DNA of 64,000 nucleotides from Candidatus Micrarchaeota archaeon (GTDB lineage: Archaea; Micrarchaeota; Micrarchaeia; Norongarragalinales; SBBD01), in assembly GCA_016212475.1 (NCBI GenBank), contig JACRGC010000016.1:9824-73823 (forward strand), written 5' to 3'. A model generated the notes under the pieces. The model saw nothing but the letters and a program-made list of their open reading frames with translations, was not told the DNA's origin and searched no databases. How positions within the stretch are numbered: position 1 is the stretch's first letter; the number at the start of each line of letters is the position of its first letter. Below, in pieces: positions 9,347 through 20,200 of the stretch. The position numbers and the translations under genes are program-made.

Positions 9347-10945
9347 ATGAGCGAAGCCAGTGACAAAATCATAACTGAAATTTACGAGGAGATGACCGAA
9401 AACCCAAATCTTACCTCGCACGAGCTGATGCTACTTAAAAACAAGCTCGCAAAGCGCTATCATCAAGCGCAGGTTGTTAAAAATCCCCAAATTTATGAAA
9501 AGCTGGAAAAGGATGGCAAACTTACTCCGGAACTAAAAAAAGCCCTCAAAATCAAGCACATCCGCGCGCTTTCAGGCATTTCAAACATTGCAATCATGAC
9601 AGCTCCGCTGCCCTGCCCTGGAAAATGCATCTACTGCCCCGGCGGCCCGGAGTACAATTCCCCAAAAGCCTACACCGGAAAAGAGCCTGCTGCCAGGCGC
9701 GCAGAACAAAACGGATTTTCCTCCTATCGCCAAGTCGAATCGCGCCTTCGGCAATTTGAAATTATCGGCCATAGCGCGGAAAAAAACGAGCTGATCGTGC
9801 AAGGCGGGACAATTAATGCCCTTCCGCTCAATTACCAATTGAATTTCATCAAGGGCGCCTACGATGCATTCAATGACAAAGTTTGCGCAACGCTTGAAGA
9901 ATCAATCAAAATGAACGAAACTTCCAAACACCGTGTAATTGGGCTAACAATTGAAACCCGCCCCGATTATTGCGCGCCTGGCCAGGTCTCAAAGCTATTG
10001 GAATTTGGGACAACCAGAATTGAGCTTGGAGTGCAAAGCCTTGATGATAAGATAATGAAACTAACTAAAAGGGGGCATGATGTTGGGGCAGTTAGAACTG
10101 CAACGCGCACATGCAAAGACGCCCTCCTAAAAGTTTGCTACCACATGATGCCTGGCCTTTTTGCAACCCCAGAAGAAGACATTGGCTATTTCAAGACGCT
10201 TTTTTCGGATCCGGATTTCAAGCCCGACATGCTGAAAATTTACCCAACACTTGTAATGCCCGGAACCGAGCTTTATGAAATGTGGAAAAAGGGAAAATAC
10301 CATCCATACAATGCGGATGATGCAGCCAAGGTCATTGCGCAGGCCAAGCGCTACATCCCCGAATACTGCAGAGTTATGCGTGTAAACCGTGACATCCCAT
10401 CCAACCTCATTGCCGATGGAGTCCTAAAAAGCAACCTGCGCGAATTGGTTGAAAAGGAGGCGAAAAGAAGCGGGATCAAATGCCGCTGCATAAGGTGCAG
10501 GGAAATTGGCATTAAAATGCTAAAGGAGCGAATCAAGCCCGATTTTGATTCGATGGAACTGGTTAGGCGGGACTACGATGCTTCAAAGGGAAAAGAAATT
10601 TTCCTAAGCTTTGAAGACAAAACCAATGACGCACTTGTCGGTTTTATCCGCATAAGAAAGCCATCAAGCAAATTTTTCAGGCCCGAAATGAATGAAAATA
10701 CAATCGGAATCCGCGAACTCCATGTTTATGGCGAACAATTGCCCCTTGGAAAGAAGGAGTGGGAAAAATTCAAGGCAGTCCAGCACGGCGGGGTTGGAGC
10801 AAATCTTCTTCGGGAAGCCGAGCGCATTGCAAAAGAAGAATGGGGCGCCGAAAAGATGCTCATAATTTCAGGAGTTGGGGTTAGGCAATACTACGAAAAA
10901 ACAGGATACAAATTGGAAGGGGTTTACATGTCAAAGAAGCTCTAA
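9347..10945 (+). CDS. elp3: Elp3-type radical-SAM/GNAT tRNA uridine(34) modification enzyme
   Basis: Radical-SAM cluster CPGKCIYCPGGP. C-terminal GNAT motif HGGVGANLLREAERIA. The length is typical of archaeal Elp3. Confidence 0.9.
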   Translation: MSEASDKIITEIYEEMTENPNLTSHELMLLKNKLAKRYHQAQVVKNPQIYEKLEKDGKLTPELKKALKIKHIRALSGISNIAIMTAPLPCPGKCIYCPGGPEYNSPKAYTGKEPAARRAEQNGFSSYRQVESRLRQFEIIGHSAEKNELIVQGGTINALPLNYQLNFIKGAYDAFNDKVCATLEESIKMNETSKHRVIGLTIETRPDYCAPGQVSKLLEFGTTRIELGVQSLDDKIMKLTKRGHDVGAVRTATRTCKDALLKVCYHMMPGLFATPEEDIGYFKTLFSDPDFKPDMLKIYPTLVMPGTELYEMWKKGKYHPYNADDAAKVIAQAKRYIPEYCRVMRVNRDIPSNLIADGVLKSNLRELVEKEAKRSGIKCRCIRCREIGIKMLKERIKPDFDSMELVRRDYDASKGKEIFLSFEDKTNDALVGFIRIRKPSSKFFRPEMNENTIGIRELHVYGEQLPLGKKEWEKFKAVQHGGVGANLLREAERIAKEEWGAEKMLIISGVGVRQYYEKTGYKLEGVYMSKKL

Positions 10946-10979
10946 TGGGGCATTTGCCACTTGAAGAGGTATATATGAA

Positions 10980-11396
10980 TTATCTAATTATTTCAATTCC
11001 CTTGAATTTTGAAAAATCATCATCCCATGTGAAAATTTGCTTCTCTCCGTGCCGATCCATTATTGCGCAAATAAGTGCATCGTTGAAATCAGAGCCGTTT
11101 TCAATTGCCTTGAATATTGCAATCTCGGCATCCTCCTTTTCTGCGGAGGCTATCTCAAAATTTTGTTCTTCGAATAGGCTCCGTATGATTTTATTTGCTG
11201 TTTCCCTTGGGAGTTTTTTCTTTACAAAGTTGGCAAATTCCACGATAACTGGCATTGGCAAAAGAAGCCGTTTCCTTTCTGCAATTAGGGATTTTAGTCT
11301 TATCCTGGTTTTTCCAGCTGTGTTTTTAATGCGCTTATCCGCATCCGGCAAATCCAGGACGTAGTATATAAGGACATTAGTATCTATTGCGACCAT
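10980..11396 (-). CDS. vapC: PIN-domain toxin (VapC-like)
   Basis: N-terminal MVAIDTNVLIYY with conserved acidic residues. Overlaps the upstream antitoxin gene by 13 nt. Confidence 0.85.
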   Translation of the reverse strand: MVAIDTNVLIYYVLDLPDADKRIKNTAGKTRIRLKSLIAERKRLLLPMPVIVEFANFVKKKLPRETANKIIRSLFEEQNFEIASAEKEDAEIAIFKAIENGSDFNDALICAIMDRHGEKQIFTWDDDFSKFKGIEIIR

Positions 11397-11647
11397 AATT
11401 CATCTTCAACCGCTTTTGCTAGAACGCCGTCAATGTCCTCCAAATCCTCCCGATTCAGCTTGACCGTTCCCATATGCTTCATGAATGCGCCCGGTTTTTT
11501 TTGCATTATTTCAATCCTTCCGTCCTCTTTCCTAATCAAAGTGACTGCGTTTGAATAGCCCCTCCTCCATTTTGCCGGAAGCACAATCCTTCCAAGGACG
11601 TCTATGTTTCGGTTTATCACGTTTCCAAATTCTCCCATTTTTACCAC
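11384..11647 (-). CDS. vapB: AbrB/SpoVT-type antitoxin (VapB-like)
   Basis: 87 aa. Swapped-hairpin motif GRIVLPAKWRR. Lies directly upstream of the PIN gene. Confidence 0.8.
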   Translation of the reverse strand: MVKMGEFGNVINRNIDVLGRIVLPAKWRRGYSNAVTLIRKEDGRIEIMQKKPGAFMKHMGTVKLNREDLEDIDGVLAKAVEDELWSQ

Positions 11648-11729
11648 ATATTAGCTATAATTGGCAAAATTAATAAATATTGGCAATTTATGGATTTTTT
11701 ACCAATCCGTGTTCCTTTTGCCCTCCTTC

Positions 11730-12851
11730 CTAAATCCAATACCCGAGTTTCCCTTCGCCGGTGATTTCAGCAGATCCAATCGCATTGTATTTCTTATCCC
11801 CAATCACAACTTCGGCATTGCAAAAGTAAGTCGAATAGTCGATATCCGTTTTCAGGATCATCCTTGCCAGCTTAATCCCCTTGATTGGATGCAAATCTAT
11901 CTCGAATTTTGGGGTGATCTTAAGCTCGATTTTCCCAGTTGTGCTTTTGACCGAAAGCAGGGGCGTTTTTGGCGATTCCCACTTAAGCTTGATGTCGGCG
12001 TCCGTAAAAACCTCGGCTTCACCGCTGTTTGGGTCAAAAGAAATCAATTGCAGATATAGCGGAATATTGATTTTCCCCTTCTGGAAAAAGAAATGCATGA
12101 AGCTGATGATTTTTTCGATCCTTTGCTCATCTTCCGTAAAGCAATCCAAAACGCTCCAATGCCACCCTTCCGAAATCATGGGCGTTTTCAAATGGATATT
12201 CTCATTATAGCAAAAATTGCTCTGGATGTTTTTTCCAATCAGCTCTTCAAGCTCGCCCAAATGAAAAACAGAAATATCCCCCTTCCCTTCGATATTGAGG
12301 GTCCCTTTGCAGGGCGAAATCATCCAAAACGCAAGCAGATGCTCGAATTGCCTGAAAATGCACCTGAACTTGCTCATCTCATCCGAAATCTTTGTAAACT
12401 TGTAGGTGAATTTAATTTCGCCGGATTTTCCCTCATCTGTTTTCCTAAAGGTTGCAACCACTTCATATTCCGAAGGAAGCCCCGCCCATGAAAGTTCGCG
12501 TTTTTCTTCCTTGATTTCAAACTTTCCGCTTGAAAATTTTGCCGAATCATTGCAAAACCCATCCCCGATCCTGTAGGTTTTGCCCTTGTACCTAAGCTCG
12601 TGAAACAAGGATTTTTGCATATCATCAAATCCAATTGTTATGAATGCCGAAAGGTCCTTGGTTGTGATATTTGCATAAATCCAGCCTCGATCATTAGTCT
12701 TTTTTGGATCCGAAAAAAGCTTTTCTTGAGTAAACAAGTTGTCATACTTGTTCGTATCCTCCAATTTCAATTTTGATTTCCCGTCAAAATAATGGACCAT
12801 GATCTGCTTGTTTGTGAGTTTCATCGAATTCAAATCCTCAATAATAGCCAA
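11730..12851 (-). CDS. Hypothetical protein
   Basis: 373-aa ORF with an ATG start. I recognise no motif. Confidence 0.55.
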   Translation of the reverse strand: MAIIEDLNSMKLTNKQIMVHYFDGKSKLKLEDTNKYDNLFTQEKLFSDPKKTNDRGWIYANITTKDLSAFITIGFDDMQKSLFHELRYKGKTYRIGDGFCNDSAKFSSGKFEIKEEKRELSWAGLPSEYEVVATFRKTDEGKSGEIKFTYKFTKISDEMSKFRCIFRQFEHLLAFWMISPCKGTLNIEGKGDISVFHLGELEELIGKNIQSNFCYNENIHLKTPMISEGWHWSVLDCFTEDEQRIEKIISFMHFFFQKGKINIPLYLQLISFDPNSGEAEVFTDADIKLKWESPKTPLLSVKSTTGKIELKITPKFEIDLHPIKGIKLARMILKTDIDYSTYFCNAEVVIGDKKYNAIGSAEITGEGKLGYWI

Positions 12852-12946
12852 AAGTTCGTTTTCTTTGAATCAGAACTATACCTATCTAATTCAAGAAGTT
12901 TTATTATCCTTGCTTTGAATAATTCAATACCAATAAGGTGACAATT

Positions 12947-13267
12947 ATGCAAAAATACGTTTATTCGGTTGAAGGGAAGGATTATGGGAAGCTCAAGGAT
13001 ATAGTCGCAGCTGATCCATACGCAAAGGATTCATTTGTTGTAGCGGGCTACACTCTAAAGGAAAGCAAGCCTCTTGGCCTAAAAGGCGGGCTTTACATAC
13101 TGTTTTTCAAAACCGCAGATGCAGACCTGGCGCAAAAGCTGATCGCAAGAATAAAGCCTCTTCCTTCACTTAAGGAAATGGAAGGAGAAGAAAAGCAAAA
13201 AGTCATCTCCCAAATCGAATCCGAAGAAGATAGCGCAGCATCCGGTTTTGGAAGCATTTTTGGCTAA
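12947..13267 (+). CDS. Hypothetical protein with a ribosomal-stalk-like C-terminal tail
   Basis: ATG preceded by GGTGA. The acidic hinge plus terminal SGFGSIFG resembles the archaeal aP1/aP0 tail (consensus G-[LF]-[GS]-[AS]-[LI]-F-G). Confidence 0.5.
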   Translation: MQKYVYSVEGKDYGKLKDIVAADPYAKDSFVVAGYTLKESKPLGLKGGLYILFFKTADADLAQKLIARIKPLPSLKEMEGEEKQKVISQIESEEDSAASGFGSIFG

Positions 13268-13340
13268 AATAAGGAAACTGGGCAATTGGTTAGATCATTC
13301 TTAAGTCTTTTCCCACTAGCTTTTTTCCCTTAATTCTATC

Positions 13341-13814
13341 CTAGCCTTGATCTAAAATCGCATCCACATTTCCAAACTTTTTCCCATGTTTTTCCATTGC
13401 CTGCATGATTTCCCAAACCTGCTTTTTAGAAATTATTTTCTTCGCCCAAAACGCCTTTAGCAGCATTGGCAAAGTAAAACAGCTGACCCCAAAATCCGTG
13501 CAAGCCTTTTTCACTGATGGTTCGTCTGTTAGCAGAATAAACCCGTTCGCCTTTGCAATTGCAATATTTTGAATTTCAATTTTCGAAAGTAAATGGCCGT
13601 TCTTGCCCTTTATTTTTTTCATCATCAAATATTCTTTTTTTCCAAGTTTTGATATATGCAAATGATACTTTAATTTCATTCCGTTTTTTTTCATCAAATT
13701 ATTCTCAACATTTGCAATATGGAAATTCGGTTCCCCAAAAAGCTCACTCACAGATGTTATAGCATTGGCCTTTTCAAGGAGAATCAAGAAATTCGCATTT
13801 GAAATAATTTCCAT
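13341..13814 (-). CDS. PIN-like nucleic-acid-binding protein (DUF3368-like), putative toxin
   Basis: The N-terminal IISNANFLILLEKANAI pattern resembles DUF3368. Lies 4 nt downstream of the UPF0175-like gene. Confidence 0.6.
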   Translation of the reverse strand: MEIISNANFLILLEKANAITSVSELFGEPNFHIANVENNLMKKNGMKLKYHLHISKLGKKEYLMMKKIKGKNGHLLSKIEIQNIAIAKANGFILLTDEPSVKKACTDFGVSCFTLPMLLKAFWAKKIISKKQVWEIMQAMEKHGKKFGNVDAILDQG

Positions 13815-13818
13815 TCAA

Positions 13819-14127
13819 TCACTTGATTTCCTTTATCCTTTCAAGTTCTTCCTTTTCTCCTTTTGTTTCACGAAAAACTTTGTGGTGCTCCATCAATTTG
13901 TGCAGTTCGTCTACGCTAAGCTCTGCAATTTCAGATGCTTTTCCAATGCTGATTTTTCCCTCTTTTAACAGCTCAATTGCAGCTGCATGCCTAAGGTTTA
14001 CCTTATGTTTGAGCAAATGCCTAAGGGCATCCTTTACAACATCGGATTTGCTCGAATAATGCCCCGCCCTAACAAGGGCGTTTATCTCCTCTTCCATAAG
14101 TCTTGTCAAACTGTATGAAGTTACCAT
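13819..14127 (-). CDS. RHH/UPF0175-like antitoxin
   Basis: CopG/RHH-like SKSDVVKDALRHLL, then UPF0175-like ISIGKASEIAELSVDELHKLM. Confidence 0.6.
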   Translation of the reverse strand: MVTSYSLTRLMEEEINALVRAGHYSSKSDVVKDALRHLLKHKVNLRHAAAIELLKEGKISIGKASEIAELSVDELHKLMEHHKVFRETKGEKEELERIKEIK

Positions 14128-14146
14128 ATTTTCACCTATAAAACAC

Positions 14147-14161
14147 TATTAACTGTTAATA
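14147..14161. promoter_or_regulatory. Perfect inverted repeat TATTAAC-T-GTTAATA (possible antitoxin operator)
   Basis: 7-bp arms, read directly. Lies 20-34 nt upstream of the antitoxin start, in the divergent region shared with the giant gene. Confidence 0.3.
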
Positions 14162-14275
14162 ACAATTAATATATAAAATCATACGTAGCAAGTTGAAAGA
14201 GTTATAAAGGATCTTTGATTGAAAAATATACCCAATTTTCACAGTTTTACTGGTAAGTCCAAGGTTAAATTACCT

Positions 14276-17200
14276 ATGCGCGGAAGAGTCCTCTTACTTG
14301 CCCCATTTGTTCTAGCGGTGCTTTTGCTTTTATCGATTTCCTCAACAATTTCCGGCGATGATTTAAACCAAACGCTTGATTCCAATTCAACAAATTCATC
14401 AATTGGAAATGCAACTATTGTGCCGACTTTTTCCCCAACCCCTTCCGTATCATCAACTCTGGAGCCAACCCCTTCCCCCTCTCCCGCCCCAATCCCTGCA
14501 ATAACCCCCTTACCAACCCCTTCCCCAACAATCGATATTTCTCCTTCACCAACTTTTTCGCCAACACCTACGCAAATATCTGCTCCAACCCCAACAATTG
14601 ATGCATCCCCCTCCCCCACATTTTCACCAACGCCAATTGTTTCAATTATTCCCTCAATTGCACCAACCCCTGCGATTTCGCCATCTCCAGCTGCAACAAT
14701 TTCACCCACTCCAACAAAAGGGCAAAATAATTTGGCAAATTCAGAATTTGGCTCCGGCATATTCCTTCCAATGTCCGGCGATCCAGGCCCAAGCCCGCCA
14801 TCCCCAAACAGCGCTTGTGATGTAGTGACTGCCGATACTACCCTCATTCAAAATATAGCGGCTTCATACACCTGCTACAATATCACTGGAAATAGCTTGA
14901 CATTCGATTGCGCAGGCTACAACATTACCGGAAACGGTTCGGGCTATGCTTTCAACATTTCCTACAAAAACAATATCGTGATAAAAAATTGCATAATCTC
15001 AAATTTCTCGAGGGCAATTTCAGCAGAGAATGCAATCAACCTTGCGTTCATCAACATCACAATTTACAATGTGACCGATTATGGGATTTTCGTAAATGCG
15101 TCGGCCAACACGAACATTTCATCAGTTTCAATCAGTGAATCAAGGCCGGCTGCGATAGCAATTGCAGGCGCAAACCTTACCGGCATTTACCTGCTAAACG
15201 TTTCAAACGGCAACTTTTCCGACATAACAATTCAAAAACTATTCGCCGGTAACACATCGGTAACAAGCCAGCCCGGAGGTTCGGTTGTTGGAATCAGCTA
15301 CCAAGTTTCCCAAAATTCCAATTTCACAAATATTTACATCAGGAATTTAATTCCAGGTAGGGGAATTACCACCCAAACAGCGGCAGCATTTGGGCATTCC
15401 GGAAATGCAACGGGAATATTTGGCTCAAATTTCAATTCTACTATTTTCCAAAACATTTCCATCCATAATCTTTTGGGTTCGCAAGGAAGCAGGGGAAGGA
15501 ACTCAGGAACCGGAGGAGATGGGTCCGAAAGCAGCAATGTAATTGGGTTCTATGCAACAAATGGAGTTAACAGCACCATTTCAAACCTGACAATATCGAA
15601 TCTTTCATCAGGAGTTGGTGGAAATGGCGGGACTGGCAGCTCGGCGGCAGGAGGCGCTGGGGGCAATGCAGGATTTGTATTTGGCATTTACTTCCAAAAT
15701 TCTTTCAACAATTCGATAAAATCCACGACTATTTTGAATTTGACCGGAGAATTTGGTGGAAATGCGGGCGCTGGTGCAACTATTGGGGGTAATGGCGGCA
15801 TAGGCGGCCAGGTATTTTCGATTGGAATTAGGCAATTATCCTACAATATTTCAATCAATGGAATAGATATCCGTTTTGTTCAAGGAGGAACTGGCGGATC
15901 CTTTGGATCTGGTACGCCAGATGGATCCGGCGGATTTGGCGGAAATTCATCTTTCCTCTACATTTCAAATTCTAATGCCACAACTTTTGAAAACGCATAT
16001 GCAAATTCATCCATCGGGGGCGATATGGGTACTTCAGCAGGCGCTGTGCTAGTTCATGGAGGCATTGGCTCAGGAATCTATTTCCACCTTGCAAATTACA
16101 CAAATATCAACAACGCCAGCCTTTACAATATTTCTTCAGGAACGACTGATGTTTTTGGCATGCTTAGGACTTCCGGATTATTTTTTGCAGCAAGCAGTTT
16201 CAACAAAATTACCAATTCAACCATAAAAATCATCGATCACCACCTTGATGCCTTTGATCCACTAACCGATTATTCCATCTATTCCGAAGGAGGTTCAATC
16301 AATAACAACCTTTTGAACTCCAGCTTCAACCGCTCAAACATCGGCTTTTTTGATGCAGCCGGAATCAACAATCTGACAATCTCATGGTTTGCAACTGTAA
16401 ATGTCACCAACGGTTCCGGGCAGGTTGGCAGTGCAAATGTTAGGATTTACAACCAAACAAGCTCAGCAATTCCGATGCTTTTTGCAACAACGGATTCAAA
16501 TGGGCATGTGAATGCAGAAATTGCCGAAATGACTATTTTTGGCTATATCTCATCTGCCAGCTCGTGCAAAGCGCACGTGAACAACACCTGCTTTACAAAC
16601 CATACAATTTCTGTGAATAATTCCGTATATGCTTTTGGAACATCAATTGCCGTCCTGAATTACTCAAAAACCATCCCGATTTTCCTTTGCTCCTCGCTTC
16701 AAAGCAGTACAACCCTCCAAAACAACGTCTCATTCAACGATGTCTGCTTTACCCTGAATGCAAGCAACATAGTTTTGGACTGCGCAAACAATGCAATCAT
16801 CGGCAACCGTTCCGGCTTTTCAATTGGAGTTTATGCGAATTCCAAATCAAATGTAACAATCAAGAACTGTTACATCTCGAATTTTTCAAGCGGCATCATG
16901 GCAAACTATACATCAAGAAGCGTATTTTTAAACAATACCATAATCGATACGGCAATTGTCAAAAATCAGGGAGCAACCGCCTTTGGAATCTACTTCAACA
17001 ATTCCGATTACAACAATCTAACCTCCAATTTCGTCACAAACCTGAATGCAACTGCAATTTCCTCATTAGGATATCCGAACTGCAATACCTCGACAGTGAA
17101 TTCCTTCAGATTCGAAAATTCCTCCCACAATTTTGCAACCAACATAAACGGCTCGCTTTCAAAAGCAAGGGGGTATTCTTCAAGTGAAGGTTCTTGCGCT

Positions 17201-20200
17201 CTTTCATCAACCGGAATTGGGGTCCATGTTATTTATTCAATTAACAATTCGATAAGCTACGGCAAATTTTCCGGGAACAACTACTTAGGCGCATATTTAA
17301 TCTCGACCAATTCGACAATAATTTCGCATTCTGAATTCATGGGGAATCCGACTGCAGGTTTTTCAGCTGAGGATTCCATAAATACAATCATTAATAATGG
17401 AACATTCATGAACAACAATTTTGTCGGAGTTCAGCTAACTGATTTGGCGAATTTCAATATTTCCATCCTCAACAGCAATTTCACTTTTGATAAAGCATCC
17501 ATAACTTCCCCAAACACCACCCTTGACAATAATTTATTCAGTTTTGGGGATCCTGCAATCAAACTCGATAGCGGGTCCAATGGTTTTTGGATTTCCCGAA
17601 ATACAATCCAGCATTCCGTAATAACATCCACAAATTTTGGGAGCCTCTACATCAAAGCGGGAAATTATGGGCATATTATTGACAATTTGATTTACAATAC
17701 AACCAATACCTCTAACATTGAAGTCGGGGCGGTCTATTCCGAGGGGGATTTTAACAATTACACTGGGAACAACATTACGAATTCCTCGGTTTATGGTTTC
17801 TATTTCAGGGGAGCCACAAATAATTTAATTGCAAGCGGGGTAATTTCACAAACAGCTAAAAACGATTCCCATTTTCCAATCCTATCGAGTAATAATGTAT
17901 TCTTGAACATGAGCTTTAATCGCTCAAAAATAACAGCTGCCGGCGGTAGCAATTTAACCATACGATGGTACCTTACATTAAACATTACAAATTCATCCGG
18001 TGGACCAATTCCTGCAGCTTCTGTAAACATAACCAATAATTCCTTCGGTCCAATGTACGCAATTTCAACTAATGCCGATTCAACCGGATATTTGCGGAAC
18101 CAAATCATTACCGAATACATCGTAAACGGTTCCCATGGCTACGATGCGATGTGCCTCAACCAAAACACCGTAAATTGCTACAACCCGCACACATTCCTAA
18201 TCCAAAACCGCTCATTCAACGACAACCAAACCTCATTCAACATAACCTCTTCTTCAACGCTCCAAATAATACTTTACCCTGATTCAACATTCCCATCAAA
18301 TATTACACTTGTTTCCCCAACTCCATTGAATGGTTCTGGCCAGACAGTAAACTGGTTCATTGTCAATTTCACATTCAATGAAACCTACCCCCAAACCTGC
18401 TGGGTTTCCCTAACCAATACAAGCAACCACAACTTGACAATGGCAATGGATGGCAATAGCTGCTACCTAAATGTCACCGGCCAATCCGATGGCTCTTGGA
18501 ATTACACGGTTTTTGTAAACGATTCCGTTGGAAATACCGCATCAAATGGCACGTTTTTCATTGCATTTGATTCAAATGTGCCAACCAACATCCAAACCGT
18601 TTTCCCAACCCTAAATAATGCAACTTATACCTCCCAAAACTGGGTCATTGTAAACACTACCTTTACCGAACTCAACCCCAACAATTGCATTTTGCAATGG
18701 GGCAATGGCACATTCCAAAACCTTTCCATGGCAAGAAGTGGCAATAGCTGCTATCTCAATGTTACCGGCCAAACACAAGGCGTGCATAATTATACTATAA
18801 TTGTAAATGATACCGCCGGCAACTTCGCCCAGAATGGCACGTTTTACATTACAATTGACTTAACCGCCCCGTCCACAATCGAAATAGTTTCTCCAACCCT
18901 TTCAAACGCATCATACACAATTCATAACTGGGTTTACTTCAATGCCACGTTCACGGAAACAAACCCAAACAACTGCATCCTCCAATACAGCAACGGCTCC
19001 CTTGCCAACTATTCGATGACGAGAAGCAATAATAATTGTTATTTGAATCTGACCGGCCAACCAAACGGTGCGCACAATTACACAATAATCGTCAACGATT
19101 CAGCTGGCAACCTTGCCCAAAACGGAACCTTCTTCATCACACTTGACTCAACTCCTCCCTCTGCAATACAAACCGTTTTCCCGACCCTAAATAATGCAAC
19201 TTATACCTCCCAAAACTGGGTCTTCATCAATTCAACTTTCACAGAACTCAACCCCAACAATTGCATTTTGCAATGGGGCAATGGCACATTCCAAAACCTT
19301 TCCATGCAAAGGAGTGCAAACACCTGCTTCCTAAACATCACAACACAACCCGAAGGCATCCACAACTACACAATAATTGTCAACGATTCAGCCGGCAACT
19401 TCGCCCAGAATGGCACATTTTACATTACAATTGACTTAACCGCCCCGTCCACAATCGAAACAGTTTCTCCAACCCTTTCCAATTCATCAGTTACAATTCA
19501 AAATTGGGTTTTCATAAATGCCTCATTCACGGAAACCAACCCCAATAATTGCATCTTGCAATACAGCAACGGCTCACTTGCAAACTATTCCATGGCAAGG
19601 AGCGGAAATAACTGTTATGCAAACCTTACAAACCAGCCCCAAGGAGCACACAATTACACAATTATTGTAAACGACACCTCAGGCAACCTTGCCCAAAACG
19701 GCACATTCTTCATAACAATTGATCAAACCGCCCCATCCCAAATAACTCTTGTTCCTCCATCCCCATCAAACAATTCCCGGATTTACAACGGCTCAGCAAC
19801 AATCAATGCAACCTTCACGGAAGCAAATCCCAACAACTGCCTTCTCCAATACAGCAACGGCTCACTTGCAAATTATTCCATGGCAAGGAGTGGGAACAGC
19901 TGCTATTTTGATTTGACAAATCAGCCAAATGGCAACTGGAACTACACAATAATTGTAAACGATTCCGTTGGCAATCTTGCCCAGAACGGAACTTTCTTCA
20001 TAAGCTTTTGGATCAACACCTCCCTGAATTATTTGCAATCAAACCAATCCTACGATAACAACGGCAAAGTCAACATAACCGCAATATTTTCAAGGAACGA
20101 TAGGCTGAATTTGACCATAGACACAACTCTTGCCAATTTCATCCTTGGAAATGGCACAAACATAACAATAAATGCAAACAACATATCCCTCAACTTTACC

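Noticed and set aside
10945-11364. 139-aa plus-strand ORF.
   Set aside because: It is antisense to the PIN-domain (vapC-like) gene, which has the better motif support.
14239-14847. 202-aa minus-strand ORF, along with many other 60-130-aa antisense ORFs inside the giant gene.
   Set aside because: It is the antisense reading of the Pro/Thr/Ser low-complexity region (a G/E/V-rich mirror). It lies wholly inside a 12.8-kb ORF that has coherent domain structure.
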